Assembly (NCBI RefSeq): GCF_006345805.1
Contig: NC_043020.1
Location: 3,286,001-3,350,000, forward strand
Direction: 5' to 3'
Length of the DNA: 64,000 bases
From: Octopus sinensis
Taxonomy: Eukaryota
Below the pieces are notes generated by a model. The model made no database searches. It was not told where the DNA came from and worked only from the letters and a program-made list of their open reading frames with translations. Of the stretch, positions 13,750 to 25,104 are shown one piece after another. How positions within the stretch are numbered: the stretch's first letter is position 1; every line of letters starts with the position of its first letter. The position numbers and the translations under genes were made by a program.

Positions 13750-14092
13750 GCCGGGTCATAGTGCTAGTGCATGTATATACAGCTGCGTGCGTGCGCACAT
13801 ACACGCGAGTACTGTCCAAATCTCCAACCAATCACATACAGCTAGCTGGCATTCAATTGGCGTATCAAGTTTCGGGCATTTTGATTGGGTTTTGGATAGA
13901 AAATTCACAAAAAAGTCACTTCTATTTTTTAATGGCTTTGCAGGGTGACTGGGGAAATGTAAAGATGTGCACAACCACCTTTGGACGGTTTTGAATGACC
14001 ATAGAAAGTGCGAGCCCTCTAACTGAAAAATTGTGGATTTGTATAAAGGATACACACACACAGACAGACATTTTGCCGTTTATGTATATTGA
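13750..14092 (-). mobile_element. Second copy of the 41434-41793 Helitron-type element, truncated within the hairpin
   Basis: Close reverse complement of 41434-41772; the ORF track shows matching pseudo-peptides (MLVH.YTAACVRTYTRVLSKS). Confidence 0.8.
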
Positions 14093-14171
14093 GAAGAGAT
14101 TCTGTGAAATATTCACAGGTCTTACTAGTTGTTGTTGTTGTTCTTATTATTATTGTCTTTAATATTTTCAG

Positions 14172-14320
14172 ATACAAACCCTTGAGGATGAACTTCAAGC
14201 CAAGGAACTTCAGTTGAAAACTAGTCAAGCCCGTTTGGCATCTGCTGCTTCTGATTCTGAGGACAAAGCCTTAAGCTCTCTAGAAGATTCACTGGCTGAG
14301 AAAGATCGGCTCATTAACAG
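14172..14320 (+). CDS. ERC1: ERC/ELKS coding exon (IQTLEDEL...LEDSLAEKDRLIN), 149 nt, phase 0-2
   Basis: ttttcag acceptor, AG|gtacat donor; resembles ERC1 ALTTLEEALAEKERTIER. Confidence 0.93.
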
Positions 14321-15329
14321 GTACATTCTGCAGTGCAGCAGCAGAATTGTTCTTTCTTTTCTCTGTCAATGTCAATCACCTGTCTTGGTTATTTGTATGG
14401 AAGTTAGATATTAGTATTGATAATGGTAGTAGCATGGTTGTTATTTGTTGTTGTGGTGGTTGTGGAGATTGCAGTGTGTGTGTGTGTGTGTGTGATCCCC
14501 ATGACAGCTTCAGTTGTACAAACCTGTGGCCCACATCCAGTTAACCAAACACTAGGTGCAACAGAAAAATTTCTTCTACCACATATGACTGTATTTTGTG
14601 TGTGTGTGTACATGAATGTAAACAAACCAACACTGGCTGCCATGCTGTAGCAAGGTGGTAGCAATAAATACAAAACTACACACACATGATGGACCTCCAT
14701 ACAGTTTCCATACCACTCACAAGACATTAGTTAACCCAGGGCTACAATAGAAGACACTTTCCCTAAGGGCCACACAGGGGGACTGAACCTGAAATCATGT
14801 GGTTGGGAAGCAAACTTCTTAACCACACAGCCATGCTATGTATAATAATCTTAAAGATTTTATTTTAAATTGTCTGACCCCATGGTGAAAGAAAAATTAT
14901 TATATTGAGGCTAGACCTATTGTCTTCTCACTAATAAGGGCAAATGCAAAAAAATATCACTAATGAGTTCTGGGAGAAGAAAAGCTGGTGTTGGTCAGTT
15001 TGAAAACCACTACGACCCTATCCCTGACCTTTTGAACCTATGTTAGGAAATTGATATTAAAGCAATGATTTTGATGCTGATGATGATCATCATCATTTAA
15101 CATCTATTTTCCATGCTGGCCTGGGTTAAACGGTTTGACCAGAGTTGGTCAGCTGGAGAGCTGCACCAGGTGCCGGTCATCTATTTTGGTTTGGTTCATA
15201 TGGCTCGATGTCCTTTCTAATGCCAACCACTTTACAGCGTGTACTGGGTGTCTTTTACGTGTCACTGGCACAGGTGCCCTTTTTACATTGTTATGATTGT
15301 AAGGTCGTTAGCTGGCATAATCGTTAACA

Positions 15330-15780
15330 TCACCATCCTTTAACATCTGTTTTTCCATGCTTGGGTTGGACAGTTTGATCAGAACTGGATAGCTGCACCA
15401 GGTTCTAGCTTGATTTGGCTTTATTTCTACAGTTGGATGCCCTTCCTAATGCCAACCACCTTACAGTGTGTGCTAGGTACTTTTAATGTGGCACCGACAT
15501 GAGTGCTCTTTACATGGCACCAATGCAGAACTCTTGCAGGCCTATCCTCTTCACCAGTCCTGCTGTGGAGGATGGATCTTCCTGATTACAGCAAGGTGCC
15601 AGGTACCTTGGTCCTTTATCATCTTGTCTGAAAGGTTGTGTCCTGGGATCATCCTTCAGTACCTCATCCCATGTTTTCTTGGGTTTCACTTTTTCATGAG
15701 TGCCATCCACTTTTTGAGATCAGCACTTCTTTATGGAGCTGTTGGCATCCAGCCATATCACATGACATGCCAATCAAACT
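15330..15780 (-). mobile_element. RTE-like LINE 3' end: ORF C-terminus joined to the family C tail
   Basis: Minus-strand ORF KPKKTWDEVLKDD resembles the RTE terminal motif GRP.KTW...V..D and runs into a family C sequence. Confidence 0.6.
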
Positions 15781-15985
15781 GTTTAGTGGCATTTCTTCCA
15801 GTTCTTTACATTCTGAGTTCAAATTTTACCAAGGTCAACTTTGCCTTTCATCTTTTTGGGATCAATAAAATAAGTGTCAGTTGAGCATTGGGGGTCAGTG
15901 TAATTGACCGTCCCCCTCCCCACAAAACTGTGTGCTTATAGTAGAAAGAATTATTATTATGATTATGATGTGTTTTTTATTCCAG

Positions 15986-16109
15986 GTTACGAGAGCAGCG
16001 AGATCACGTAGAGAAAGAATTTGCAGATGAAATCAATCTTCTCAGGGAACAAAACGAGGATTATAAGAAGCAGACTGATCACCTGAACACTGAAATTAAC
16101 GATAAACAG
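15986..16109 (+). CDS. ERC1: ERC/ELKS coding exon (LREQRDHVEKE...INDKQ), 124 nt, phase 2-0
   Basis: ttccag acceptor, CAG|gtaagc donor; completes the split Arg codon; resembles ERC1 LKEQRDRDERE. Not in the ORF track. Confidence 0.93.
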
Positions 16110-16145
16110 GTAAGCAGTAGCATTCTCAATAATACTCTGTAAGGT

Positions 16146-16375
16146 GGCGAGCTGGCAGAATCGTTAGCACGCCGGGCGAAATGCTTAGTGGTATTTCATC
16201 TGCCGTTACGTTCTGAGTTCAAATTCCACCAAGGTCGACTTTGCCTTTCATCCTTTCAGGATCGATAAATTAAGTACCAGTTGTTCACTGGGGTCAATGT
16301 AATCGACTTAATCCCTTTGTCTGTCCTGGTTTGTCCCCTCTGTATTTAACCCCTTGTGGGCAATAAAGAAATAAG
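16146..16375 (+). mobile_element. tRNA-derived SINE, family B, young copy with target-site duplication
   Basis: GGCAGAATCGTTAG and GAGTTCAAATTCC Pol III-like boxes; central gcctttcatcctttc.gg.tcgataaattaagtaccag domain; flanking repeats gt(a/g)gcattctcaataat at 16117-16133 and 16375-16391. Confidence 0.85.
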
Positions 16376-16899
16376 TGGCATTCTCAATAATTTCTTGCTC
16401 CTTCTACCAGTTCTTGCTCTTAGGACCTAATCTTTGGAGTCCCCTTCTTTTTATATTCTGCAAGAACTACAACTTTAACAAAAGCAGCTGGGCCCCAAAA
16501 TTTCATCGGCAAACGAGAGCCATTTGATGAGCTAGAAATTACAGCTAAATCTCTTTTGTATCAGATGCTACTGTCTTATAAAATGGAGATAAACACATAA
16601 GATAATATTAGTTCTTGTTAGCCTCACCATGACCAACTGGTTAAGAAGTTTGCTTCACAGCCATTAAGTCCTGGGTTCAATCCCACTGTGTTACATTTTT
16701 TGCAGGTCTCATTTTTTTTATAACCTCGGGTAGGTTCATACTTTTTGAATGAAATTGGGTAGATGGAAACTGTATAGAAGCTCATAAATGGATTGTACTG
16801 TAAGTCACAGATACGGCCTTGTTGTGCTGATTCTAGCTGTTATGGGGTACTCATGTATGTGGAATACTCAGCCATTTTCAGTTATTTTTATGCTTTATT

Positions 16900-17465
16900 T
16901 TGAGTTGGTGTCCATACTGGTGGTTACTGCCACCACCAGAGATGTTGCAGAGGTAGTCATAGTGGTATGGTAGAGTTGTAAGTAAGTGGTATCGATGGTG
17001 ACAGAGGTAGTTTTGATAGCAGTTGTAGTGGTGGTATTGTAGTGGTAGTTTTGATGGCAGTTTTAATAGCGAGAGACATGTCGAAAGTTGTCACGTTGAT
17101 AGTGATGGTGGTGATGGTTACGGTAAAGATGCTAGAGATGATGATGAGGTTGGTGGTGGCAGTGGTGGTGGTGGTGGTGTTCATTCAGTTCAGCAATAAA
17201 AAATCACAACAGACATTCTCAAAGATAATTTTACACTTATTTCCTGTCGTCTCTTCAAAAGAACTGGGTCAGTCAATGGTTGGGGTTGTTGATGTTGCTG
17301 CTGTTATTGTTGCCAGTGGTGTTGGTGTTGCTTTCGGTGGTAATGGTGGTGGTGGTGGCGGTGGTGGTAGTGTTGTTGTCAATATTGATGTTGATGTTGT
17401 TATCGTCGTTGCTGCAGTCAGTGGTATTGTCATTGTTGTTGACATATTGTTGTTATTGTTGTTCT
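16900..17465. repeat. Degenerate (GGT/GTT/GAT)n low-complexity tract
   Basis: Trinucleotide-periodic G/T-rich sequence that generates spurious poly-Val/Leu/Thr ORFs. Confidence 0.8.
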
Positions 17466-17885
17466 AATGTGTTGTGTTCATTAAAGAGCTTTCTGATTGA
17501 TTGATTGATTCATTCATTGATTTCAGGTTGGGTTAGTGTTGGGTGGTTGATGAAGGGGAACAGTCTATTAAACCTATTTGTTTGTAGAAATGTATGTATG
17601 CATCTGTAAATGTATATATATCTACCAATAGAAAAGTGTTGTGTGTGTGTGTGTGTGTATGTCTATATATATAATATACACATCTCTACACCTACCTCCC
17701 TGCAGTTTTTTGTACGCATAGCATATACTAGTGCATACCACAGGTCTTTAATTCTACTCCAATTGCATGTGACATACATGCACATTCACCCCTACACACC
17801 AAATGTACCTTCACACACAATTAACATTTCACGCTCCTAATCATTTACACTCCATACATAACACACACACACACACCTACTCACT

Positions 17886-17916
<31 letters not shown>

Positions 17917-19389
17917 GCACACACGCATACATGAATGGATGAATGAATTTCGTGGTGATTTCATTGAATGACTATTCCTCTGGTTTAATCAATGTAACTA
18001 CCTACCTACTGTTATGATAGCATAAATGGTTGAATATTCCACATATGCATGTGTGTACTTCAAATCTATGTCACCTAGTGACACACTGGGTGACATAGAT
18101 TCTTCCTTCAAATTAAAGTACAGCTACAGGCCATTCCATGGGCTTCCATACCTGTGCCTTGCTTACCAGACTTCACTTAAGGTCAAAGGCCAGGCTAGAA
18201 AACCTGCTCAAGATTCCATGCATTGGAAGTGAACCCAGGGCCTCATGAATGCAAACCAAATTTCTTCGTCCTTCAGCGATTTCTGCAGTTAACATGTATA
18301 CATATACATGTGGGCACACACACACACAGTTATACATGCTTACATACTTCTATCCCATTCGTATATCATACATCTTACACATACATTTTCCTCATATCAC
18401 ATCTCTAGTGTAGCTGGGGGGGGGGTCCACCTCTCTCTCTCTTTCTCTTATTCTCTGTCTGCCACACTCTCTCTATCTCTCTCTCCTTTTCACACATATG
18501 CACAAACACATCTTTCTCACCCTCTTGCATTTTCTTCCCCTGTTTCTAAAAGAGATGGTTTCTCAGGCATTTTCTTAATTTCTCCATGTGCAGAGCTATC
18601 TCTCTCTCTATCTATCTGTCTGGCTGGCAATGCAGGTATGACTGTGTGGTTCAGAAGCTTGCTTTGTAAACTGAGACATCAGGTTCAGTCCCACTGCATG
18701 GCACCTTGGGCAAGAGTTTTCTACTATAGCCCTGGTCTGACCAACACTTTGTGAATGAATTTGTAGATAGAAGCCCATCGCGTGTGTGTATTTGTCTGTC
18801 ATTCACCCCACCATTGCTTGACAACTAATGTTGCATTGTTTTCGTTGCCATAACCCAGTGTTTTGACAAAGGAAACTGACAGATGCCTCTTATGCCCAGT
18901 TTTTCTCTCAAAACATTTACACTTTCTTGTATGTACGCACTGATACTGCACGTCCAGTGGAACATACTGGTTTCATTTCTTTCAAGCTTTCACATGTCTT
19001 CTACAGTCACAGCCCATGTTTTGCTGCAATGTAGCATCGCTGTCTGTTTTTTTGTTTGTTTGCTTGTTTTTTTGCATAATTGTGTGAATTCCTATAAATA
19101 AAACACAAATTTGCAAACACTTTCTGAAAAATTCCAAAAAATGAAGAAGTTCTGAGGGGTTCCATGGAATGCTTAAACCAGAATTCCACCCCCCAAAAGT
19201 GTCAATGGTATCAGCGACATCAATAACAACCTCTTCTCATATCATGTCTTCAGTAACAGCATCAGCATCAACAATAGTGTCAACAGCATCAATCAAATCA
19301 TCATCATCATCAGCAACTAGTATCCTCCAAAAGATTTTCATTGTTAGTTGTTGGCATGTCATCGTTTATCAGGGTATTAAATCCATGGA

Positions 19390-19805
19390 GGTGAGCTGGC
19401 AGAATCGTTAGCACACCGGGCGAAATGCTTTGCGGTATTTCATCTGCTGCTACGTTCTGAGTTCACATTCCGCCGAGGTCGACTTTGCCTTTCATCCTTC
19501 CGGGATCGATTAAATAAGTACCAGTTACACACTGGGGGTCAATGTAATAGACTTAATCCCTTTGTCTGTCCTTGTTTGTCCTCTCTGTGTTTAGCCCCTT
19601 GTGGGTAGTAAAGAAATAGGTATTTTGTCTGCCGTTACGTTCTGAGTTCAAATTCCGCCAAGGTCGACTTTGCCTTTCATCCTTTGTGGGTCAATAAATA
19701 AAGTACCAGTCTCGCACTGGGGTTGATGTAATCGAGTTAATCCCTTTGTCTGTCCTTGTTTGTCCCCTCTGTGTTTTGCCCCTTGTGGGTAGTAAAGAAA
19801 TAGGT
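19390..19805 (+). mobile_element. SINE family B, partial dimer (3' ~185 bp duplicated)
   Basis: Body repeated head-to-tail from ggtattt; 13-bp TSD ggtattaaatcca at 19373-19385 and 19803-19815. Confidence 0.85.
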
Positions 19806-20314
19806 ATTAAATCCAGCCTCATAATCACCATCATCATCATCAACAACAACAATCACCAAATTTGTATGTCAATGTTCTTTGTTCTGTTATGAATGAATTT
19901 GGTAAACTGTCTGTTTTATCTGCCTGTGTGTGTGTGTGTGTGTCTTATCTATCTCCCTATCTATTTGCACACCTGTCTGTCTATCTGTTTAGCTAGCTAC
20001 ATGTTTCCTTACCTATCTATTTATTCACTTAATTGTGTGTCTACCTATGCATTTATCGCCTACTGACCTACCTTTATCTACCTACCTAATTATATACTCT
20101 ATCTACCTGTCTGCCTATCTATCTATCTGCCCAGCTAGCTATTTACCTATCTCTCTATCTACGTATCTGTCGATTTACCAATCTATGTGTGTGTCTGATC
20201 GCTCTGTTTGTCTACCTGTCTATCTTTTTTTCGTTGTTGTTCTGCTTCCTATTCTTTCTTCCCCATCTTACCCACCTGCTTTAATTATCTTCATCTCTGT
20301 TTATCCATTCACAG

Positions 20315-20461
20315 ACTCAGATGTGTGAGTTGAGAGAAGAAGCTTCTGAACTTCGTTCACAGAAAATCATGTCTGAGTCTATGGTTAATCAGCTGAAGAT
20401 GGAGATGTCTGATGCTTCCAAAGACAGAGAGATTGAAAAACTTACCAAAGAACTTGAAAAG
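20315..20461 (+). CDS. ERC1: ERC/ELKS coding exon (TQMCELREEASEL...KELEK), 147 nt, phase 0-0
   Basis: ttcacag acceptor (second CAG 6 nt downstream), AAG|gtaatc donor; open coiled-coil frame resembling ERC1 SLLDLKEHASSL. Confidence 0.88.
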
Positions 20462-20688
20462 GTAATCATTTCTTCTACATAAATCATTTCTTCCTCTCTT
20501 TTTTTTTACAAATATTTTTCCCTCTTTTTGTTTAATTTTATCTCATATTATGAGATTTTTCTCTGTTTGTCTGTCTGTGTCTCTCTCTATCTCTCTCTCT
20601 CTATTTCTTTCTCTTTCATTTTATTTCTTACTCGCTGTCTTTCTTTCTCTGTTCTCTCTGTCTTTCTCCCTCTTTCTTGCTCTCTTGA

Positions 20689-20726
<38 letters not shown>

Positions 20727-20900
20727 ACCCTCTTTCATACATATGTATTGTACACAGTTTATTATCTCACCAAAACTAATCTTTCTTCATTGCTATGTCG
20801 AGTACGTGATTTTATGGGGAAAAAAAGGAATGAAATATACTTAAATCTTGTGGTGTTTTACTCACACACACACACGCACGCACGCACGCACACACACACA

Positions 20901-20931
<31 letters not shown>

Positions 20932-21404
20932 CACGTTACAGTTGATAAACAATAGCATCGTTGCTTAGAGTTTTTCAATAGATCAGTCACCGGTCCCTTA
21001 TATTTCTGATGGCAACAGTGACAAATATTTTGACGGGTATTGTTCATAGACCACTCTGGCTTGTTGTTACCTGTACAGTGTTGTGTAGGCAGGTGTTGAA
21101 TGTTAAGACGAACACAGAACAATATGTGATCAGGTGTGGGTCTGCATAGACATGTCACTCCTGATAACTCCCTCAGGGGCAGTAAACGACACCGTTGTAA
21201 GTGCAGGAATTAAAGAAGCAACCAGACGTCAAGCTGGTCTTCTGTGATCCTATGGACGCCCTCTGCCCATTTTTCACTGCACAGAGGCAGCCAGCACACT
21301 CTGTGGAGTGGGTTGCTTTAGGAAGGACACCCAAATGTAGGAACCAAGTCAAAACAGACTGAAGCTTGAAGCAGCTCTCCAGTTTACCAGTTCCAGTCAA
21401 ACCC

Positions 21405-21608
21405 ATTTCTTTACTACCCACAAGGGGCTAAACTCAGAGGAGACAAACGGATTAAGTTGATTATATCGACCCCAGTGCATAACTGGTACTTAATTTATCG
21501 ACCCCGAAAGGATGAAAGGCAAAGTTAATCTCGGCGGAATTTGAACTCAGAACGTAACGGGAGACCACTAAGCATTTCACCCGGCGTGCTAACGTTTCTG
21601 CCAGCTCA
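21405..21608 (-). mobile_element. SINE family B, antisense copy. Others antisense at 3850-4018, 22333-22496, 22737-22967, 23166-23376, 24470-24675
   Basis: Reverse complement of the 16146-16375 element. Confidence 0.8.
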
Positions 21609-23742
21609 CCACCGTCAAACCATCTAACCCATGCCGGCACGAAAAACAGGTGTTAATTACTACTACTGATGGTGATGATAATGAAGAAGGAGAAGGAGTC
21701 TATCCCATTCTTGGATATGTTCTTTCGCAAGAAGGCACTATTTCTTGTAGCATATCTGTCTCTCATTTCTTTCCCCCAAAGCCAGCTTATATTGTGTAAA
21801 CCCTTCTGATTAGCAATTTTAGCAAAACTGCTGCATCACATTATTTGGAAATATTGTTTTGTTTTGTTCTTGTTTCCTTTTACTTCTTTTTTTCTTTCCA
21901 TTTGTTAAGAATGTCTGCTGAGTCGAGATGTTCTCATATTCCTTATTTTTTTTTCTTTTCTGTCTGCATTATTTTTCAAACTCTGAGTTATTATTTTCAA
22001 AGTTTTTAATGAAATCCTTTGGGGGTGGTGGTCATAAACTCTGTTGCAAGCTTGTGGTTAGTGCCATTTCACTGCTTCCCCAAGAGAAGAGACCATCTTC
22101 AACAACAAGTAAACAACAATTTTGTCTAAAAGACAGACTCTTCCTCAGTCCCAGACAATGGCATTTAAAGGTTACAGAAGTCCCGTGTTTACAAAATAAA
22201 ACAAAAAAGAAACTTTTCAGCCATTGTAAAATCCAACTTTTTTTTTCCAGGGATATCCCAACAGGTTCCCATACACTTTAACTCAATACTACTACTACTA
22301 CTACTACTACTAATAATAATAATAATAATAATAGTTTCAAATTTTGGCACAAGGCTCGTAATTTTGTGAGAGGGGAAAAGTCGATTACATTGACTCCATC
22401 GTTCAACTGCTGTTTATTTTATCAACCACTAAAAGATGAAAGACAAAATTGACTCAGCATTTTGCCATGCATTCTAATAATTCTGCCAGTTTGCCATTTT
22501 TTCATCATCATTGTCATCCTTATTGAACATCTATTTTCCAAGCTGGCATAGATTGGATGATTTGACCAGAATCAGTGTCTGCTTCAGCACAGTCTCTACA
22601 GCTGGATGCGCTTCTTAATGCCAACCACTTTACAGAGTGTACTGGGTGCTTTTTATACAGCACCAGCATCAGTGTTTTTTACATGGTGTCATCACATTGC
22701 TTTTTATATGCACCAGCACTGATGGGGTCACTAAGTACCTATTTCTTTACTACCCACAAGTGGCTAAACACAGAAGGGACAAACAAGGACAGACAAATGG
22801 ATTAAGTCGATTATATCGACCCCAGTGCGTAACTGGTACTTAATTTATCGACCCTGAAAGGATAAAAGGCAAAGTCGACATTGGCGGAATTTGAACTCAG
22901 AACGTAATGGCAGACGAAATACGGCTACGCATTTCGCCCGGCATGCTAACGATTCTGCCAGCTCGCCACTTTTGCCTTGCAAGACAATAACCCCTCATCT
23001 GGGAGTGGGGAGTAGTATTGAGGATATGTGGATTTGTGCCAGTTGAAAGATTTAAGGGATAGAAAGGCAGATATAGGGGTTTCACTCTAGAGCTGATACA
23101 TGGATGCTTTATAATAATATTAATAATAATTCTAGCATTAATGATTTATCTAGAATAATAATAATAGTTTCAAATTTTGGCACAAGGCCAGCAATTCTGG
23201 GGGCAGATGTAAGTCAATTACATCGACCCCAGTGTTCAACTGATACTTATTTTATTGACCCCAAAAGGATGAAAATCAAAGTCAACCTCAGCTGAATTTG
23301 AACTCAGAATGTAAAGACAAATGAAATCCACTAAGCCTTTTGCTTGACATGCTAACAATTCTGCCAGCTTGCTGCCTTTAGAATAATAATAATAATAATA
23401 ATAATCATGTTGTTGTTTGTCCATTGTTGTCAATGATGACCAAAGACATCACACAGGAGAAGATGATGGATCCTGCCTCACATTTACTCTGTGCTCATGT
23501 GATCCTATTCTGTTCATTGGGGGGTGACACCTCTGTTGGGGCAGCCGTGCCAGACAGAGTGGTCTTGTGCTTGCATTTCCCAGGGGCTTCTTAACTTAAT
23601 GGTACAGAGTGCTCAGCCTGTATCTGAGAGGTATGGAGTTCGTTTCTCCATGGCTGCCAGTGGCAACTGTTTTTATATATTTGGAATAATATGTTTGTCT
23701 AACAGTTGATTGGAATCCTAATACTTTGGTTTTTTCCGATAG

Positions 23743-23930
23743 GTGAAAGAAGAACTCAGCCATCGCCACAGTGCTTCCAGCTCTCTAAATAGTAAAGACC
23801 TTAATGGTGTTGATAGTTACCATGAAACAACCGCAGAAGCAGAGTCAAAACTGAAAGAGATGGAAATAGCATTAGAGGAAGCTAATGAGGAAAAGGCCCA
23901 GAGGGACGTCCAAATGAAAGAACTACAAGA
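23743..23930 (+). CDS. ERC1: ERC/ELKS coding exon (VKEELSHRH...EANEEKAQRDVQMKELQ), 188 nt, phase 0-2
   Basis: ctaat branch point, T-rich tract and tag acceptor; GA|gtaagt donor; end resembles ERC1 EVENEKNDKDKKIAELE. Confidence 0.9.
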
Positions 23931-24041
23931 GTAAGTGTGACTTCTATTGCTTGGTTTACCATTTCAGGGGTGGGAATGATTTGCTACTTCTTAATTTACT
24001 GTTGGTATGAGAATTACTAATTTGTGCCTTTTATCTTTTAA

Positions 24042-24259
24042 CCCTTTCGTTACCGTATTTATTTTGAGATGCTCTGTGTTTCATTCAGTTAATTTTAAAT
24101 ATAACAAAGAATTTAGTAAAGGAACTTTGTTATCATTAAACTAGTGTTGGGAACATAAGTTGTGACTAAGGTTTGGTGGAAGATTTTAATTCAATACTTA
24201 TGAAAGACATTTGTACTACAGAGCCAGAGGCGGTTTTGGTCGGGTTGGTATCAAAAGGG
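24042..24259. mobile_element. piggyBac-type MITE; related copy in the opposite orientation at 9261-9465
   Basis: TTAA-CCCTTT...AAAGGG-TTAA termini with intact TTAA TSD. Confidence 0.75.
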
Positions 24260-24968
24260 TTAACCTTTTACTTGTTTCAGTTGTTAGGGTGCGGCCATGT
24301 TGGGGCACCGCCTTGAAGAATTTTTAGTCAAATGAATCAAGCCCAGTACTTTTATTAGACTTATAGTTATGCTTGAGGCTTGTCTGAACCTGTGTCACAC
24401 ACCGTTAACCTCCTCTCTCACCACATGTTTCAGTGTGCTACACTAGGTGGCATCCTGGTCATATCTTTTCTACTCTAGGCACAAGGCCTGAAATTTGGTG
24501 GGTGTGGGTGGGGGGGGTCGATTAGATCAACCCCAGTATGCAACTGGTACTTAATTTATCGACCTCGAAAGGATGAAAGGCAAAGCCAACCTTGGTGGAA
24601 TTTGAGCTCAGAACATAAAGACAGGCAAACTACCACTAAGCATTTCACCCGGTGGGCTAATGTCTTCTGCCAGCTTCCATCCTGGTCAGATCAATTCATT
24701 CAGTTTGCTTTCTAATCTGTTTTGTTAAGTCTTGTTTAAGCCATGGCAGCTGTAGAAGAAAGTAAATTGTTGTTATCGTCATTTACCTTCAAGTCAGCTC
24801 TGACCTCAATCAAAGACATTCTAGTTGTGACCAAACCATTTTTTTTTTCAGACATAGCATATTTAGATGAGATTGGTAGAATCAGTAGAACACTAGAGAA
24901 AATTCTTTGTGGGATTGTTGTGGGGGTTGTTTATATTTTGTCTTTATTATTTGCTTATTGTTTCACAG

Positions 24969-25104
24969 CCAAATCAAAGAATATAAACAGAAGATGGGAA
25001 CATTGAAACGGAATCAGCAAACAGAGAAGAAGAAGAATGCACAGATGCTGGAAGAGGCTAGAAAACGAGAAGTACTAATGGATGGAGATGCATCCCAACT
25101 GAAG
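24969..25104 (+). CDS. ERC1: ERC/ELKS coding exon (QIKEYKQKMGTLK...EKKKNAQMLEEARKRE...SQLK), 136 nt, phase 2-0
   Basis: tttcacag acceptor, AAG|gtactg donor; hallmark EKKK.AQMLEEAR.RE. Confidence 0.95.

Noticed and set aside
17042-17504. 141-aa hydrophobic ORF resembling a membrane protein
   Set aside because: Product of a GGT/GTT low-complexity tract; open in several frames.
20955-21270. Possible + strand RTE ORF remnant (HRCL... start)
   Set aside because: Too degenerate to support by eye; needs a translated search.
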